Positions 1 to 10,461 of a DNA stretch of 64,000 nt are shown here, piece by piece. Position numbers and translations under genes: made by a program. Source of the DNA: Thermoproteota archaeon (lineage in GTDB: Archaea > Thermoproteota > Thermoprotei_A > Sulfolobales > Ignisphaeraceae); contig JAUQPB010000003.1 in the NCBI GenBank assembly GCA_030550585.1, forward strand, positions 36,333-100,332, given 5' to 3'. The notes beneath the pieces are model-generated. The model worked only from the letters and a program-made list of their open reading frames with translations, made no database searches and was not told the origin of the DNA. Each line of letters opens with the position of its first letter. The stretch's first letter is position 1.

Positions 1-99
1 GAAACTCCCATAAGGGAGTAGAAAGTTTGATAATAAAGAAAATGAGGATGACGCAGCACAGAACAAGGAGCTATGAAACTCCCATAAGGGAGTAGAAAG
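1..99 (+). CRISPR. End of a CRISPR array: two identical 25-bp repeats GAAACTCCCATAAGGGAGTAGAAAG (1-25, 75-99) and one 49-bp spacer
   Basis: Exact direct repeats with the 3' GAAAG typical of archaeal repeats and an internal ACTCCC/GGGAGT palindrome. The array probably continues left of the window. Confidence 0.9.
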
Positions 100-162
100 A
101 GGGTTGGATATATCGATATTAATGGAGGTGTTGTTTCTGGTGTGCTGGGTTTTTGTGTTTAT

Positions 163-705
163 CTATCTATTTGTTGGTTGTGGGGGTTGATGATGGGTTG
201 TTTGTGTTTTATTGTTTTTAGGGGTTTTTGTTAGTATCTCATTTAGTATTTCTATGATTTCTGTTATTTTGGATTTTATCTTGTCTAGTGCTTCTTGGGG
301 TGGCTCTATGTCTTGGTTCCAGAGTTCTTTGATTATTTCGAACATGTTCTTTAATCCGATGTATGATGCTATTTCGATTGCTCTGTTTAGTTTCTTTACT
401 GTTTTCTCGATCTCTTCTGCTTTGTTACTAATGTATTTGTTGCCTTTTTCTGTGAGTGTGTAGATCTTTCTATTCTTTTCTATGAATGATTTTAGCATCC
501 CCTCTTTTTCTAGTTCGTGGAGGGTTGGGTAGAGAATGCCACTGCTAGGGGCATAAACTTTTATTGTTTGGGATAGAAACTTCTTTATTGCGTATCCATG
601 GGCTTTGCCAAGCTTCATTAGAGCATATAGTACGAGGTCTTTGAAAAGGCCTCTGACATTTACTAGCACAAATTCTATCTCTAGGAACTTGTCTTTGTTA
701 CTCAT
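163..705 (-). CDS. PadR-family transcriptional regulator
   Basis: HGYAI, PSSGILYPTLHELEKEG and RKIYTLTEKG winged-helix motifs. Start taken at ATG 705; the ORF is open to 717. Confidence 0.9.
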   Translation of the reverse strand: MSNKDKFLEIEFVLVNVRGLFKDLVLYALMKLGKAHGYAIKKFLSQTIKVYAPSSGILYPTLHELEKEGMLKSFIEKNRKIYTLTEKGNKYISNKAEEIEKTVKKLNRAIEIASYIGLKNMFEIIKELWNQDIEPPQEALDKIKSKITEIIEILNEILTKTPKNNKTQTTHHQPPQPTNR

Positions 706-716
706 AAAAACCCACA

Positions 717-738
717 ATTTCTGTTTCTAAACAGAAAT
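717..738. promoter_or_regulatory. Perfect inverted repeat ATTTCTGTTT-CT-AAACAGAAAT, candidate PadR operator
   Basis: 10-bp arms lying between a minus-strand TATA-like TTATATA (~746-752) and the padR start. Confidence 0.55.
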
Positions 739-769
739 CTTTTGCTATATAAGCTTGTAGAGAATTTTG

Positions 770-842
770 AGTGGAGGGTATTCGACCCCGTCGGCTTCTC
801 TCTTCATTCTCCTCGGCTTCCGAGGTGTCTGAGAGAGCCTAC
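770..842 (-). ncRNA. Candidate structured RNA with a K-turn-like hairpin
   Basis: Minus strand reads GGCTCTCT-CAGA-ca-CCTCGG aag CCGAGG-ag-aATGAAGA-GAGAAGCC, followed by a small GGGT/ACCC hairpin. TTTAAA lies ~25 nt upstream. Confidence 0.35.
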
Positions 843-916
843 AGAGTTTTTGTAGAAAACGTTTAAAAGTTTTCATGTCTAAAGAGTTTAGGCTAATGAA
901 TATCAGGGTGTGTGCT

Positions 917-1636
917 GTGGCTAGAGAGATTATAGCTGTTGAGAATGTTACAAAGGTTTATAGACTTGGCGATGTTGTGACATATGCTCTTAGAGGCGTT
1001 TCTCTAAAGATTTTCGAGGGAGAGATAATCTCTATCATGGGCCCCTCTGGATCGGGAAAAACAACGCTTCTCAATATGATAGGCCTCTTAGACAAGCCGA
1101 CAAGCGGTAGGGTGATAATCGATGGCATCGACGTTTCGAGACTTGGAAGCGGGGAGATAGCTAGGATAAGAAATGATAAGATAGGCTTTGTTTTCCAGTT
1201 CTTCAATTTGATAAACAGGCTTACAGTTCTAGAAAATATTGAGATGCCTCTAATCCCAAGAGGAATACCTAGATCAAAAAGAATTGAAATGGCTAGAGAG
1301 GCTCTAATCAAAGCTGGTGGAGATGTGTCGTGGCTTCCCAAGAAACCCCTTCAGCTATCTGGTGGACAGCAACAGAGGGTTGCCATAGCAAGGGCTATTG
1401 TAGCCAACCCAAGAATAATTCTTGCTGACGAGCCCACGGGAAACCTGGACAGGGCAAGCGCTAGAACAGTAATGAAAACGTTTCTAGAGTTGAACAAGAT
1501 GGGGGCAACAATAGCTATAATCACACATGACCCGGAGATAGCAAACTGCACACAGAAGATATACATCATTAGAGATGGAAGGATAGTCGCTGTACAGACA
1601 CCAGATCCAAGCAGGTGTATCCTGTACACACAATAG
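917..1636 (+). CDS. ABC transporter ATP-binding protein (LolD/MacB-like)
   Basis: GPSGSGKT, GFVFQFFNL, LSGGQQQR, ILADEPTGNLD. GTG 917 is the probable start; the ORF is open from 875. Confidence 0.93.
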   Translation: MAREIIAVENVTKVYRLGDVVTYALRGVSLKIFEGEIISIMGPSGSGKTTLLNMIGLLDKPTSGRVIIDGIDVSRLGSGEIARIRNDKIGFVFQFFNLINRLTVLENIEMPLIPRGIPRSKRIEMAREALIKAGGDVSWLPKKPLQLSGGQQQRVAIARAIVANPRIILADEPTGNLDRASARTVMKTFLELNKMGATIAIITHDPEIANCTQKIYIIRDGRIVAVQTPDPSRCILYTQ

Positions 1637-1762
1637 TCTTTAGTCTTTTTTGACTCGCCACATAGATGATAGATGCTGTTTCCAATATTCATAAATACTT
1701 ATAAGGCTTGCTTGAGTGTGTCTGCAGACACAGTTTATAGTATATGTTGGTGATTATCTCTA

Positions 1763-4700
1763 ATGAGAGGCGGGCATGTAATCGCATATACAATAACAAC
1801 ACTGTTGATACTCCAGTTAGTAACATTCATAGTCTATACTATCAACGCACAGCAAACACCTTTTGTGTTAAACAGCTTTAGCTACAAGTCTTCTGCAAAC
1901 ACAAACACTATCTACCCTGGGAGTAGAAACGTTGTTTTAACTGTCAATGTGTTGTACAACGGCTCTTCCACAGCATATGTATCGGCTGGCTGTATAGTAC
2001 TGCCACAAGGGTTCTCAGTTACGAGGGGATACAGCAGCTGTTCACCACCCCAAACGGCAAACGGCTCAACATATAGCATTCTCGAGCCTGGCGATATAAT
2101 CGTGTTTGAGTATCACATTGATGTTGACAGCTCTGTTAATCCTGGGGCATACTCAGCAAATCTCACAATATACTATAGAATAGGGACCTCCATGTACTCA
2201 GAGACTTTGGGCGGCATAACAATAAATGTTTCGCCTTATCCGCAGATTAATGTAGTGGTTGTGGACTGGTATTGGAGCCCAGATGCATATCCTGGCAGTC
2301 AGGGGGTATACCTCTACATAACAATTAGAAACAGTGGAAACTCGTCGATAGCTCAAGCAAATGGAGTTGCACAACTACCGCAAGATGCCTTCACCCCAAG
2401 CAGTATAAGGTTCCAGATATCGAATCTCGGCAAGAACCAAACAACAACTGTGTCTCTAGGCCCAGTCTCTGTATATACAACAGCATCTCCCGGCACACAA
2501 TACCCAGTCACACTAAAACTCAACGCCACTATGTCTACAGACGACAATGTTGTTTACTATGCTCAAGGCACAACAACATTTTATGTCACAGTATCCCAAG
2601 CTCCTCAAGTATCCATAGAAATAGTTGACTATGGACTTGAAACACCCAAGCCTATGCAGAATGCCGTTGGCACTAGGTTCTACATGACTATAGTTAACAA
2701 GGACTTCAAAAACATTAGAAGCATAACAGCATACTTCACAATACAGAGTGGCGGAGCATCATTCTACAACAGCACAGCTACTGCTGTAACAATATTTCAG
2801 CAGACTCTTGGCTATGGAGATGTTGCAACAATTTACAGCCCACCAATTATACTGGGTAGTGCAAGCCAAGTGACAGTCTCTGCCAAGCTTATCATATTCG
2901 GTGATAGCAATGGAGCTGAGTTTTGGAGTACCCAAATATACACATTCTATGTTAGGCCACAGACCCCATCGGTAAATCTAGTTGTCACAGATGTTTATTG
3001 GACCTCGGGTGAGGTGTACCCAGGTACAGAAGGGGCTACACTAAACATAGTTTTGCAGAACTACGATGTTGTTAATGTGAGGAGTGCTACGGCAACTCTT
3101 CAGCTACCCTCAGGACTCTACCCATCAACAATAACAGCATCGGGGATAGCTATTCAAAGCGGTTCAACAACAACACTATCGTTTTCAGGTATATCAATAC
3201 AAACAAATGTTGTAGGAGGAGACTACCCAGCGAAGCTAACCATCGATGGCATTGCCTATGACCCGAGCACAAACACCTTCTACAACTTTTCATCTGTATA
3301 CACATTAACTGTAAGGATCTCTGGAAAGCCATCGATAGATATAATTAATCTGACATCGAGTGGATGGGTTGAAAACAAAGCTTATACAACATCGGTTGGC
3401 GTGCATGCTTATGTATATCTCCAAGTGTCTTCACCTGGGTTTAGCGTGGAGGGAGTTAGGATAACGGCTTACCTCCCCAACGAAATGATATTCGAAAATG
3501 GTAATAGAAGCACCGTACTTGTTCTAGGAAACAACGTTTATAGCTATGGTCAGAGCCTCTATGTGGAGCTTGGCCCAATAGATGTTGTTTCTGATGCTGA
3601 TGGTCTATACCCGGTTGTTCTCAGAATAGATTTTCTCGCAACCTCGTCTAGGGGAGGCAGCTTCTGGTCGAGCAAATTCTACACAATTCTTCTACCAGTG
3701 TACAAACCCATGCTAAACATTTCTTTGATTGACTATGGCTGGGAGAACCAGCCAACGGGTTCCGAGGCCGGTGGAGCCTCTTTGTATGCAACTCTACAGT
3801 CTCTTTCAGTCGATGATATACAAAGCGTTGCTGCAAGAGTTGAGCTCTCTGGCGCAAGGTTTCTCAGCGGTAGAAACTTCTCTTGGGAGACGATAAACAA
3901 TGTAATTGGTTATGGATCGATATACTCGCTGAGCTTCAGAGACATCGAAATAGACAACAACAGCAATGTCACAGTTAGGCTGAGTATCTATGCTGTGTTG
4001 AGCAATGGTAGAAACTCTTTCTATAGAGCATCCATAGAATATAGATTTGCTTTAAACACCATTGCAAACACAAGCACATTCAAAGTTGTTGCCCTCCATA
4101 CCAGCATAGGCAATGTATACGCACCTATATTGCCATCAGCAAGAGGTGTGGCAATAGTTATCGACATTGCGAATACCAAGACATATCAAGTCGCTTGGGT
4201 AAAGCCAGAGGCTATGCTCCCCAAAGAGTTTAAGCTTAATGATTTAAGCGGATCTTGTCTAAATGGTGTTGCCTCTGGTGGTATATGCACAATAAGCCTC
4301 AATGTTGATGTTGCAGAAAATGCGTCTCCTGGGTCAAGAAATATAACCTTGGTGCTGGTTTATGCCATCAGAAGTGGGCAGACAATATCTGTATTTAGAG
4401 AAAGGATCGCTTTGCCGATAGCAATAGCGTCATATAGCTACTACAGACCTGCAATAGAGATTGTATCAGCATATTGGGGCACGCAAACACCTGTTAGAGC
4501 CCTGGTAGGGCAGAGAAACATACCATTCACAATATCTATAGTCAACAGGGGTTACTACCCAGTTGAAGGCGTCTATATCTATGCAAAGCCGCTGAACAGC
4601 AGTATTGCCATGGTCAAAGACTCTGACATGTGCTCCCCCCGCCTAGACCCAGGAACATCATGTAGTGTAACGCTTTATGCGGATCTAGCCAATGTCAATG

Positions 4701-6481
4701 TGGGTGGAATTGTATTTTTTGATATAAACATCAACTACTCATTCGCTTACTATGGTGCAAACATACACGACTCTAACTACTTCAGATTGTCGCTGCCCAT
4801 TGATGTCCCAGCATCTGGAAAGGGTTTAGAGATAGTCGATGTCTCGTGGAACAACAACTGGCCTGTGTATCCAGATACGGAGAATGCAACGCTTGTGATA
4901 ACAATTGCAAATAGATGGCCATATAGAGTCTCCGGCCTGGATCTCGAACTGGATCTTCCAAGAGGGTTCTACACCAAGTATGGCTCTATAGCAAAAACCT
5001 ATGTGGCGGGGCCCATCAACAGCCTACAGCAGTTTAGTGTTTCGTTCCAAATATCTGTGGCCAACGTTTCACCAGGTAGATACAACGCTGTGCTGATAGC
5101 TAGATACGTTGTCGAGTCTGGCTCGCCAAACACCCCAGTTGTAGAGAGATACAATGTCACTCTACAGGTAAATGACTTGGGTAAAAGCATAAGCTTGGTA
5201 TCCATCCAGTGGATTGGCAAAGCCCCTCAGCCACCAGAGTATGGAGCTGTTCTAATGGTTAGCCTAAGAAACAACTACAACCCATCGATGAGAGGGGTTG
5301 TCCTTTGTCTTGATCTTCCATACGGCTTCACATCATCAGATACCAACACATCTAAAGTTTGTGTACCAGCATCAAATATAAACATTGTTCAACAGATTCA
5401 AGGAGCTTCAGTAGCTAACCCAATTGTTCAGCAGTATATAGCGTCTCTAATTCAGCAAGCTGTAGCACCTACTGCACAGGGGCAGGGATTCGGATATGGA
5501 GACATAATGTATTTCTACATAAAGCTAAACATAGCTACAAACAAAACTGGAACATTCGTTTCTAATGCATCGCTTAATTTTGTTGACCAGTGGAACAATG
5601 TCAGGTCTATACCGCTTCAGATAAACATTAACTTGCTGGGATCTGCAAAGATTATCAACATATTTGCTCCAACCACTGTAACAGTTTCGAAGGGTGTTGC
5701 AACGCTAGACATAGGGATTTTGAACACGGGCTCCGCACCTCTCTACAACGTCTATGTTTATCTAGTGCCATACGCCTCTATGCTGATACCGCAGCAGGCT
5801 GTTAAATACATTGATTTGCTACCACCATCCAGAATTATTAATGTGAGCTATGAACTTGTTTACAATCCGGTCTCTGTCGCTCTCGGTGGTGGGGCGCAAA
5901 CCTACTTGAGGTATATGAGCGTGCCATTCTCTATATCGATACTTTACAGAGATGTTTATGGCAATACACAGTTCTTCAACACATCAATAGCTGTATTGAT
6001 ACAGCCATTTATAGACATAGTCCTCTTGGACACTAAAGCAACCCTCTCAGGAAACACACTAGCAGTCTCTGGAACAGTTGCAAACTATGGAATAGCATCA
6101 GCTAGAAGCGTTGTTGTTAGAGCTACATATGGTGATAGCTATGGAGAGACTTTGGTGGGCGATATAGACCCTGCATCACAATCGGCGTTTAGAATAGAAA
6201 TGGAGGTGAAGAGCTCTACAGAGAGAAATGTTCTAATCGAAATAATCTATAGAGATGACTATGGCAGGATCAATGTGGATAACTACACCATTCCACTCCT
6301 GGTACAAGCAACAGAAACGGTTGTTACAACACCACAGCAGGCCACACCTATATACAACCACTATATAGTGATAGCAATTGTCGCAGCATTCCTTGCTACC
6401 ATAGGCTACTTCCTATACAGATATATGAAGGCGCATGCAAAAGCTATCGAAAAGGTTATAGGGGGTGTCGAGTCTAGATAA
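1763..6481 (+). CDS. Giant surface glycoprotein with repeated S-layer/Ig-like (COG1361-type) domains
   Basis: N-terminal signal peptide, recurring W..YPG..A.L.I.I.N modules, many N-x-S/T sequons and a C-terminal TM anchor. Sits between the ABC ATPase and the permease. Confidence 0.8.
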   Translation: MRGGHVIAYTITTLLILQLVTFIVYTINAQQTPFVLNSFSYKSSANTNTIYPGSRNVVLTVNVLYNGSSTAYVSAGCIVLPQGFSVTRGYSSCSPPQTANGSTYSILEPGDIIVFEYHIDVDSSVNPGAYSANLTIYYRIGTSMYSETLGGITINVSPYPQINVVVVDWYWSPDAYPGSQGVYLYITIRNSGNSSIAQANGVAQLPQDAFTPSSIRFQISNLGKNQTTTVSLGPVSVYTTASPGTQYPVTLKLNATMSTDDNVVYYAQGTTTFYVTVSQAPQVSIEIVDYGLETPKPMQNAVGTRFYMTIVNKDFKNIRSITAYFTIQSGGASFYNSTATAVTIFQQTLGYGDVATIYSPPIILGSASQVTVSAKLIIFGDSNGAEFWSTQIYTFYVRPQTPSVNLVVTDVYWTSGEVYPGTEGATLNIVLQNYDVVNVRSATATLQLPSGLYPSTITASGIAIQSGSTTTLSFSGISIQTNVVGGDYPAKLTIDGIAYDPSTNTFYNFSSVYTLTVRISGKPSIDIINLTSSGWVENKAYTTSVGVHAYVYLQVSSPGFSVEGVRITAYLPNEMIFENGNRSTVLVLGNNVYSYGQSLYVELGPIDVVSDADGLYPVVLRIDFLATSSRGGSFWSSKFYTILLPVYKPMLNISLIDYGWENQPTGSEAGGASLYATLQSLSVDDIQSVAARVELSGARFLSGRNFSWETINNVIGYGSIYSLSFRDIEIDNNSNVTVRLSIYAVLSNGRNSFYRASIEYRFALNTIANTSTFKVVALHTSIGNVYAPILPSARGVAIVIDIANTKTYQVAWVKPEAMLPKEFKLNDLSGSCLNGVASGGICTISLNVDVAENASPGSRNITLVLVYAIRSGQTISVFRERIALPIAIASYSYYRPAIEIVSAYWGTQTPVRALVGQRNIPFTISIVNRGYYPVEGVYIYAKPLNSSIAMVKDSDMCSPRLDPGTSCSVTLYADLANVNVGGIVFFDININYSFAYYGANIHDSNYFRLSLPIDVPASGKGLEIVDVSWNNNWPVYPDTENATLVITIANRWPYRVSGLDLELDLPRGFYTKYGSIAKTYVAGPINSLQQFSVSFQISVANVSPGRYNAVLIARYVVESGSPNTPVVERYNVTLQVNDLGKSISLVSIQWIGKAPQPPEYGAVLMVSLRNNYNPSMRGVVLCLDLPYGFTSSDTNTSKVCVPASNINIVQQIQGASVANPIVQQYIASLIQQAVAPTAQGQGFGYGDIMYFYIKLNIATNKTGTFVSNASLNFVDQWNNVRSIPLQININLLGSAKIINIFAPTTVTVSKGVATLDIGILNTGSAPLYNVYVYLVPYASMLIPQQAVKYIDLLPPSRIINVSYELVYNPVSVALGGGAQTYLRYMSVPFSISILYRDVYGNTQFFNTSIAVLIQPFIDIVLLDTKATLSGNTLAVSGTVANYGIASARSVVVRATYGDSYGETLVGDIDPASQSAFRIEMEVKSSTERNVLIEIIYRDDYGRINVDNYTIPLLVQATETVVTTPQQATPIYNHYIVIAIVAAFLATIGYFLYRYMKAHAKAIEKVIGGVESR

Positions 6482-6492
6482 GGGTTTTCTCC

Positions 6493-7719
6493 ATGGCTAT
6501 TACACAATTTATTTTCGATGTGTTTAAACTTGCCTTCAAAACACTTACAGAGAGGAAGATGAGGGCCACGCTAACCATCATCGGCATTGCAATAGGCCCT
6601 CTAGCACTAGTCATGATATCTAGTGTTATAGATGGCTATGCAGATTACGTGATCACGCAGATCGAGGGCCTCGGCCAAAACGCAATAGTTCTTTTTCCGG
6701 AGTCTGGATACAAGTTCAGCGACAGCGACTTGAATGCCATAAGAGCTTTGCCGGGGGTCGAAAGAGCAGAGCCATTCTATTCAATACAAGCACAGGTTAA
6801 GGTTGGCACGCAAACCAAGGTTGTTTTCGTCTATGCAATACCTGTGGATATAGTGTTCGAAGCTATAAGGGGGCTGGAGGTATCTGAGGGTAGCATACCA
6901 TCTGATTCAGATTATCTAAAAGCTGTTGTAGGATACAAAATAGCTTATGACGACAACAATAACAAGGTATATGACATTGGAGACGTCATTACAATAACGT
7001 ATCTGAAGACCTCTGGCGGCAAAACAGAGATTAAAAGAGCTTCAGTATCGGTTTCAGCTATTCTCAAAGAGTTTGGAGGAGCATTCATTCTAAGCCCCGA
7101 CACAACAATATTCCTCCCCTTGTCAGCAGGGCAAAAAGTTCTCGGACTGAATGAATGGAGTGGCATATTTGTTTTAGCTAAGAGAAGCGAATACGTGCCA
7201 ATGCTGATTAAGCAACTACAGCAAATGTACGGCAACTCAGCATCGATAATATCGTTTCAGAGCATCGCAAATATAGCAAGCTCTATTATCGGTGCAATGA
7301 ACTTCATATCCTTTGCAGCATCTCTATCAGCATTCGCTGTAGCTGTGGCAGGTGTTGCATCAACCATGATAACATCTGTTATCGAGAGAACTAGGGAGAT
7401 AGGCGTTTTGAAAGCACTTGGCTTCACAGATATCCAAGTGCTTGTAATGATCCTCATGGAAAGCATTGTGATGAGTCTCATCGGAGCGGCGATAGGGATT
7501 TCACTAGGTGTTATAGGGGCACACGCACTAGCATCTAGAGGTTTTGAGATAAGAGCTGCAGCAGAAGCGATAATGGTTATTAAAGCAGCTCCAAAGGTGA
7601 GTGCATACAACATTGCAAGAACGCTAGGACTGACAATTCTAGTTGGTATTGGTGGTGGGATTTTACCTGCCTATAGAGCAGCTAAAATACCCCCAGCTGT
7701 TGCACTAAGATATGAGTGA
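6493..7719 (+). CDS. FtsX/MacB-like ABC permease
   Basis: RATLTIIGIAIG, SVIERTREIGVLKALG, PAYRAAKIPPAVALRYE. Confidence 0.93.
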   Translation: MAITQFIFDVFKLAFKTLTERKMRATLTIIGIAIGPLALVMISSVIDGYADYVITQIEGLGQNAIVLFPESGYKFSDSDLNAIRALPGVERAEPFYSIQAQVKVGTQTKVVFVYAIPVDIVFEAIRGLEVSEGSIPSDSDYLKAVVGYKIAYDDNNNKVYDIGDVITITYLKTSGGKTEIKRASVSVSAILKEFGGAFILSPDTTIFLPLSAGQKVLGLNEWSGIFVLAKRSEYVPMLIKQLQQMYGNSASIISFQSIANIASSIIGAMNFISFAASLSAFAVAVAGVASTMITSVIERTREIGVLKALGFTDIQVLVMILMESIVMSLIGAAIGISLGVIGAHALASRGFEIRAAAEAIMVIKAAPKVSAYNIARTLGLTILVGIGGGILPAYRAAKIPPAVALRYE

Positions 7720-9275
7720 ATAGCTTGGAGCATATAGTAAGAGATGCAATAAAAGTAGCAAATGTTGTTAGTAGCTTTGGAGAGGTTGTTGCTGGTTCTG
7801 ATAGGGAGCTAGCCCTTCTAACCACTCTCAAAAGTTTTTTAGAAGACTATTCTGACAACATCTATCTAGATCCTGTTCCCGTAACCTCGTGGCACGAAGA
7901 CTACTGTATTGTAGAAGCTGGTGGAAGCTCCTATAGATGTGCTATACAACCGCCAATCCAAACAGATTTAGATGAGGAGATTGTGAAAAGCGATATAGTT
8001 GTGATGAGCGCTGAACAGGCGGTGAGAAGAAGCCTAGCAGAGGGGGAGATACAGAACAAGGCTATTGTCGTTGATACGCCTAGGGATCCCGATGACATAG
8101 CAACAATTGCAAGGGCCTTAAGCAAACACGAGCCTAAACTAATCATATTCTCTGATGATCTGAATACAATAAGAAGAATTGTTGTTTTGAGCAATCTGAT
8201 TGCATCATATGATCTTTCATCACCTGTTAAAACACCTGTGATAGTAGTTCCATCATATGTCGCTAAAAAATTCGTTGAGTTGGATAAGGCGAGGATACTG
8301 GCAAAATCATCTGTGGAAGAATCCTATGGATACAACCTGATAGCCGAATCATATGGTGGCGGAGACAGGGAGATATATATTACTGCCCACCATGACCACT
8401 GGCTCTCAGGAGCTTCGGACAATGTTTTGGGTGTGGCACTAGCAACAACCCTATTTAAAAATATGGCAAGATTTAACAACGTGAAGAAAGGCTTGGCCCT
8501 AGCTCTTTTCACAGCCGAAGAGGGTTTCCCGCAAAGACTAAGCTCTTTCTACTGGCTTGTTGGCTCTAGACACTTTGTTTCCAAAAACTTTTACAGACTT
8601 TTCGAGGAGATCGAAGCTGTTATAAACATAGATGTTGTTTATAGTAGCGATGTAATTGTCTCGACATCGAGCCCCATTCTAAGGAGCGCTATTGCTAAGG
8701 GTAATTTCAACCTTGATGTTGCCAACGACAACATAATTTTCGATTCATTCTCTTTCTCACTTGCAGGAATACCTTCTGCAACTATAAACTCTTTTCATAA
8801 GGCATTGGAAAGCAGAGTCTATCACAGTGATTTAGATGTTGTTAGCAATATTGATGTCAACACTATTCAGAGATTTGCTGAGGTAGCCATGAATATTGTA
8901 AAGACTGTGGACAGAGATGACACACTGGATTCGAATATTATTGAAAGTGTTCTTGCATCTGAAATCAATGTTGATCCCCCTGCCCTAGAGGTCTTGGACT
9001 CTCTATACAATTTCTTTAAAGCATTGGAGAAATGTGATTCAGTAAAAAAGAGGTTCTATATGAACGTCTTTGAGAGACTTGCTCTAAAATCTTATGTTGG
9101 GATGTATATTGGTGAGAGACTTGGTGTCAGAGAATTTGCCAGGATCCTCATGTGTAGAGACAAAGTCTATTCTGTTCCACTAGGCATTGTCGAGAATGTT
9201 GATGAGTGTCATATAAACTATAGATTTAATATGGACTTGCTAAGATATATAATCTGTGGAGCGTGTAAATTTTAA
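7716..9275 (+). CDS. M28-family metallopeptidase (no signal peptide)
   Basis: TAHHDHW, GASDN, FTAEE, NIDV and YHSDLD zinc/catalytic motifs. Start overlaps the permease stop. Confidence 0.8.
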   Translation: MNSLEHIVRDAIKVANVVSSFGEVVAGSDRELALLTTLKSFLEDYSDNIYLDPVPVTSWHEDYCIVEAGGSSYRCAIQPPIQTDLDEEIVKSDIVVMSAEQAVRRSLAEGEIQNKAIVVDTPRDPDDIATIARALSKHEPKLIIFSDDLNTIRRIVVLSNLIASYDLSSPVKTPVIVVPSYVAKKFVELDKARILAKSSVEESYGYNLIAESYGGGDREIYITAHHDHWLSGASDNVLGVALATTLFKNMARFNNVKKGLALALFTAEEGFPQRLSSFYWLVGSRHFVSKNFYRLFEEIEAVINIDVVYSSDVIVSTSSPILRSAIAKGNFNLDVANDNIIFDSFSFSLAGIPSATINSFHKALESRVYHSDLDVVSNIDVNTIQRFAEVAMNIVKTVDRDDTLDSNIIESVLASEINVDPPALEVLDSLYNFFKALEKCDSVKKRFYMNVFERLALKSYVGMYIGERLGVREFARILMCRDKVYSVPLGIVENVDECHINYRFNMDLLRYIICGACKF

Positions 9276-9285
9276 GTGAACAGTT

Positions 9286-10461
9286 ATGCGATCCAATAAC
9301 CAAGGCGTTGGCAGAGAGGATTTGAGTATACTTCAAAAGATTTTAAACGAGCTTTCAAAGCCTTTTGTAGGCAGAGAAGAGGAGGCTAGAGTCATTCTCC
9401 TAGCCCTTCTAACAAAAGAGCATGCTGTTCTAATAGGCGAGCCTGGAACGGCTAAGAGTGCATTGATTAGAAGAGCTGCTCAAATTCTCAAGATGAAGTG
9501 CTTCACATATCTATTAACCAAGTACACCGAGCCTGCAGAGCTCTTCGGACCTCTGGACATCAATGCTCTGAAAGACGGTAAATATGTTAGGATAACCTCC
9601 AACAAATTGCCAGAAGCTGAGATAGCATTTCTAGACGAGATATTCAAGGCGAACTCAGCCATTCTAAACACACTTCTGACTATAATGAACGAAAGGCTCT
9701 TTTACGACGGATACACAGAGATTAGGGTTGCACTCTGGAGCCTCTTTGGAGCCAGTAACGAGGTTCCGCAAGAACCAGAGCTTGAAGCCCTCTACGACAG
9801 GTTTCTGCTTCGACACTATGTAAAGCCTTTGCAGGATGAGCTGTGGAAACAGCTTTTGAAGAAGGCATGGGACATTGAGAGATTTGGTTATCAGCCCCCA
9901 GAGGTGACAATTGATAAAAGTGTTCTTGAGAGACTGCATAAAATGTTGTTTGAGGTTAGCTTCAGTGCTGTCGAAACGAAGCTTCTGAAGGTGTTCTCCG
10001 TTTTAGAGTCAAAGAATATTCACCTGACTGATAGGAGAAAGGGCAAGGCTCTAAAGGTTATTGCCGCAAATGCTATATTGAATGGGAGGTTCCAGGCCTC
10101 TGAAGAGGATCTGATGGTTCTAAAATTCATAGCTCCACACGATATAGATGATTTTGAGAAGGTAAACATTATTCTATCTGAAGAGCTTAGAACTCCATAC
10201 AAGTATTTGAGGGAGTTGGAAGATATAGCTGTTAGCATAAAAGAGGTTGGAAACTATATAGCATCGTTTCCATCAGTAAACTCCCGATTTGTCGAATACA
10301 GACTTCTAGAGATATACAGAGACTTGGAGTCCACAAGAGACAGGGTCTTGTCTATGATGAGGGAGAGCAGCGATGAAAAGGTTCAGAAAAAGGCTATGGA
10401 GGTTGTGGAACAGATAAACGATTTGCTAGAAAAGATAAAGAAAAAGATTGAGGGTAGATAA
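9286..10461 (+). CDS. MoxR-family AAA+ ATPase, RavA-like
   Basis: [38 protein letters not shown]. Confidence 0.9.
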   Translation: MRSNNQGVGREDLSILQKILNELSKPFVGREEEARVILLALLTKEHAVLIGEPGTAKSALIRRAAQILKMKCFTYLLTKYTEPAELFGPLDINALKDGKYVRITSNKLPEAEIAFLDEIFKANSAILNTLLTIMNERLFYDGYTEIRVALWSLFGASNEVPQEPELEALYDRFLLRHYVKPLQDELWKQLLKKAWDIERFGYQPPEVTIDKSVLERLHKMLFEVSFSAVETKLLKVFSVLESKNIHLTDRRKGKALKVIAANAILNGRFQASEEDLMVLKFIAPHDIDDFEKVNIILSEELRTPYKYLRELEDIAVSIKEVGNYIASFPSVNSRFVEYRLLEIYRDLESTRDRVLSMMRESSDEKVQKKAMEVVEQINDLLEKIKKKIEGR

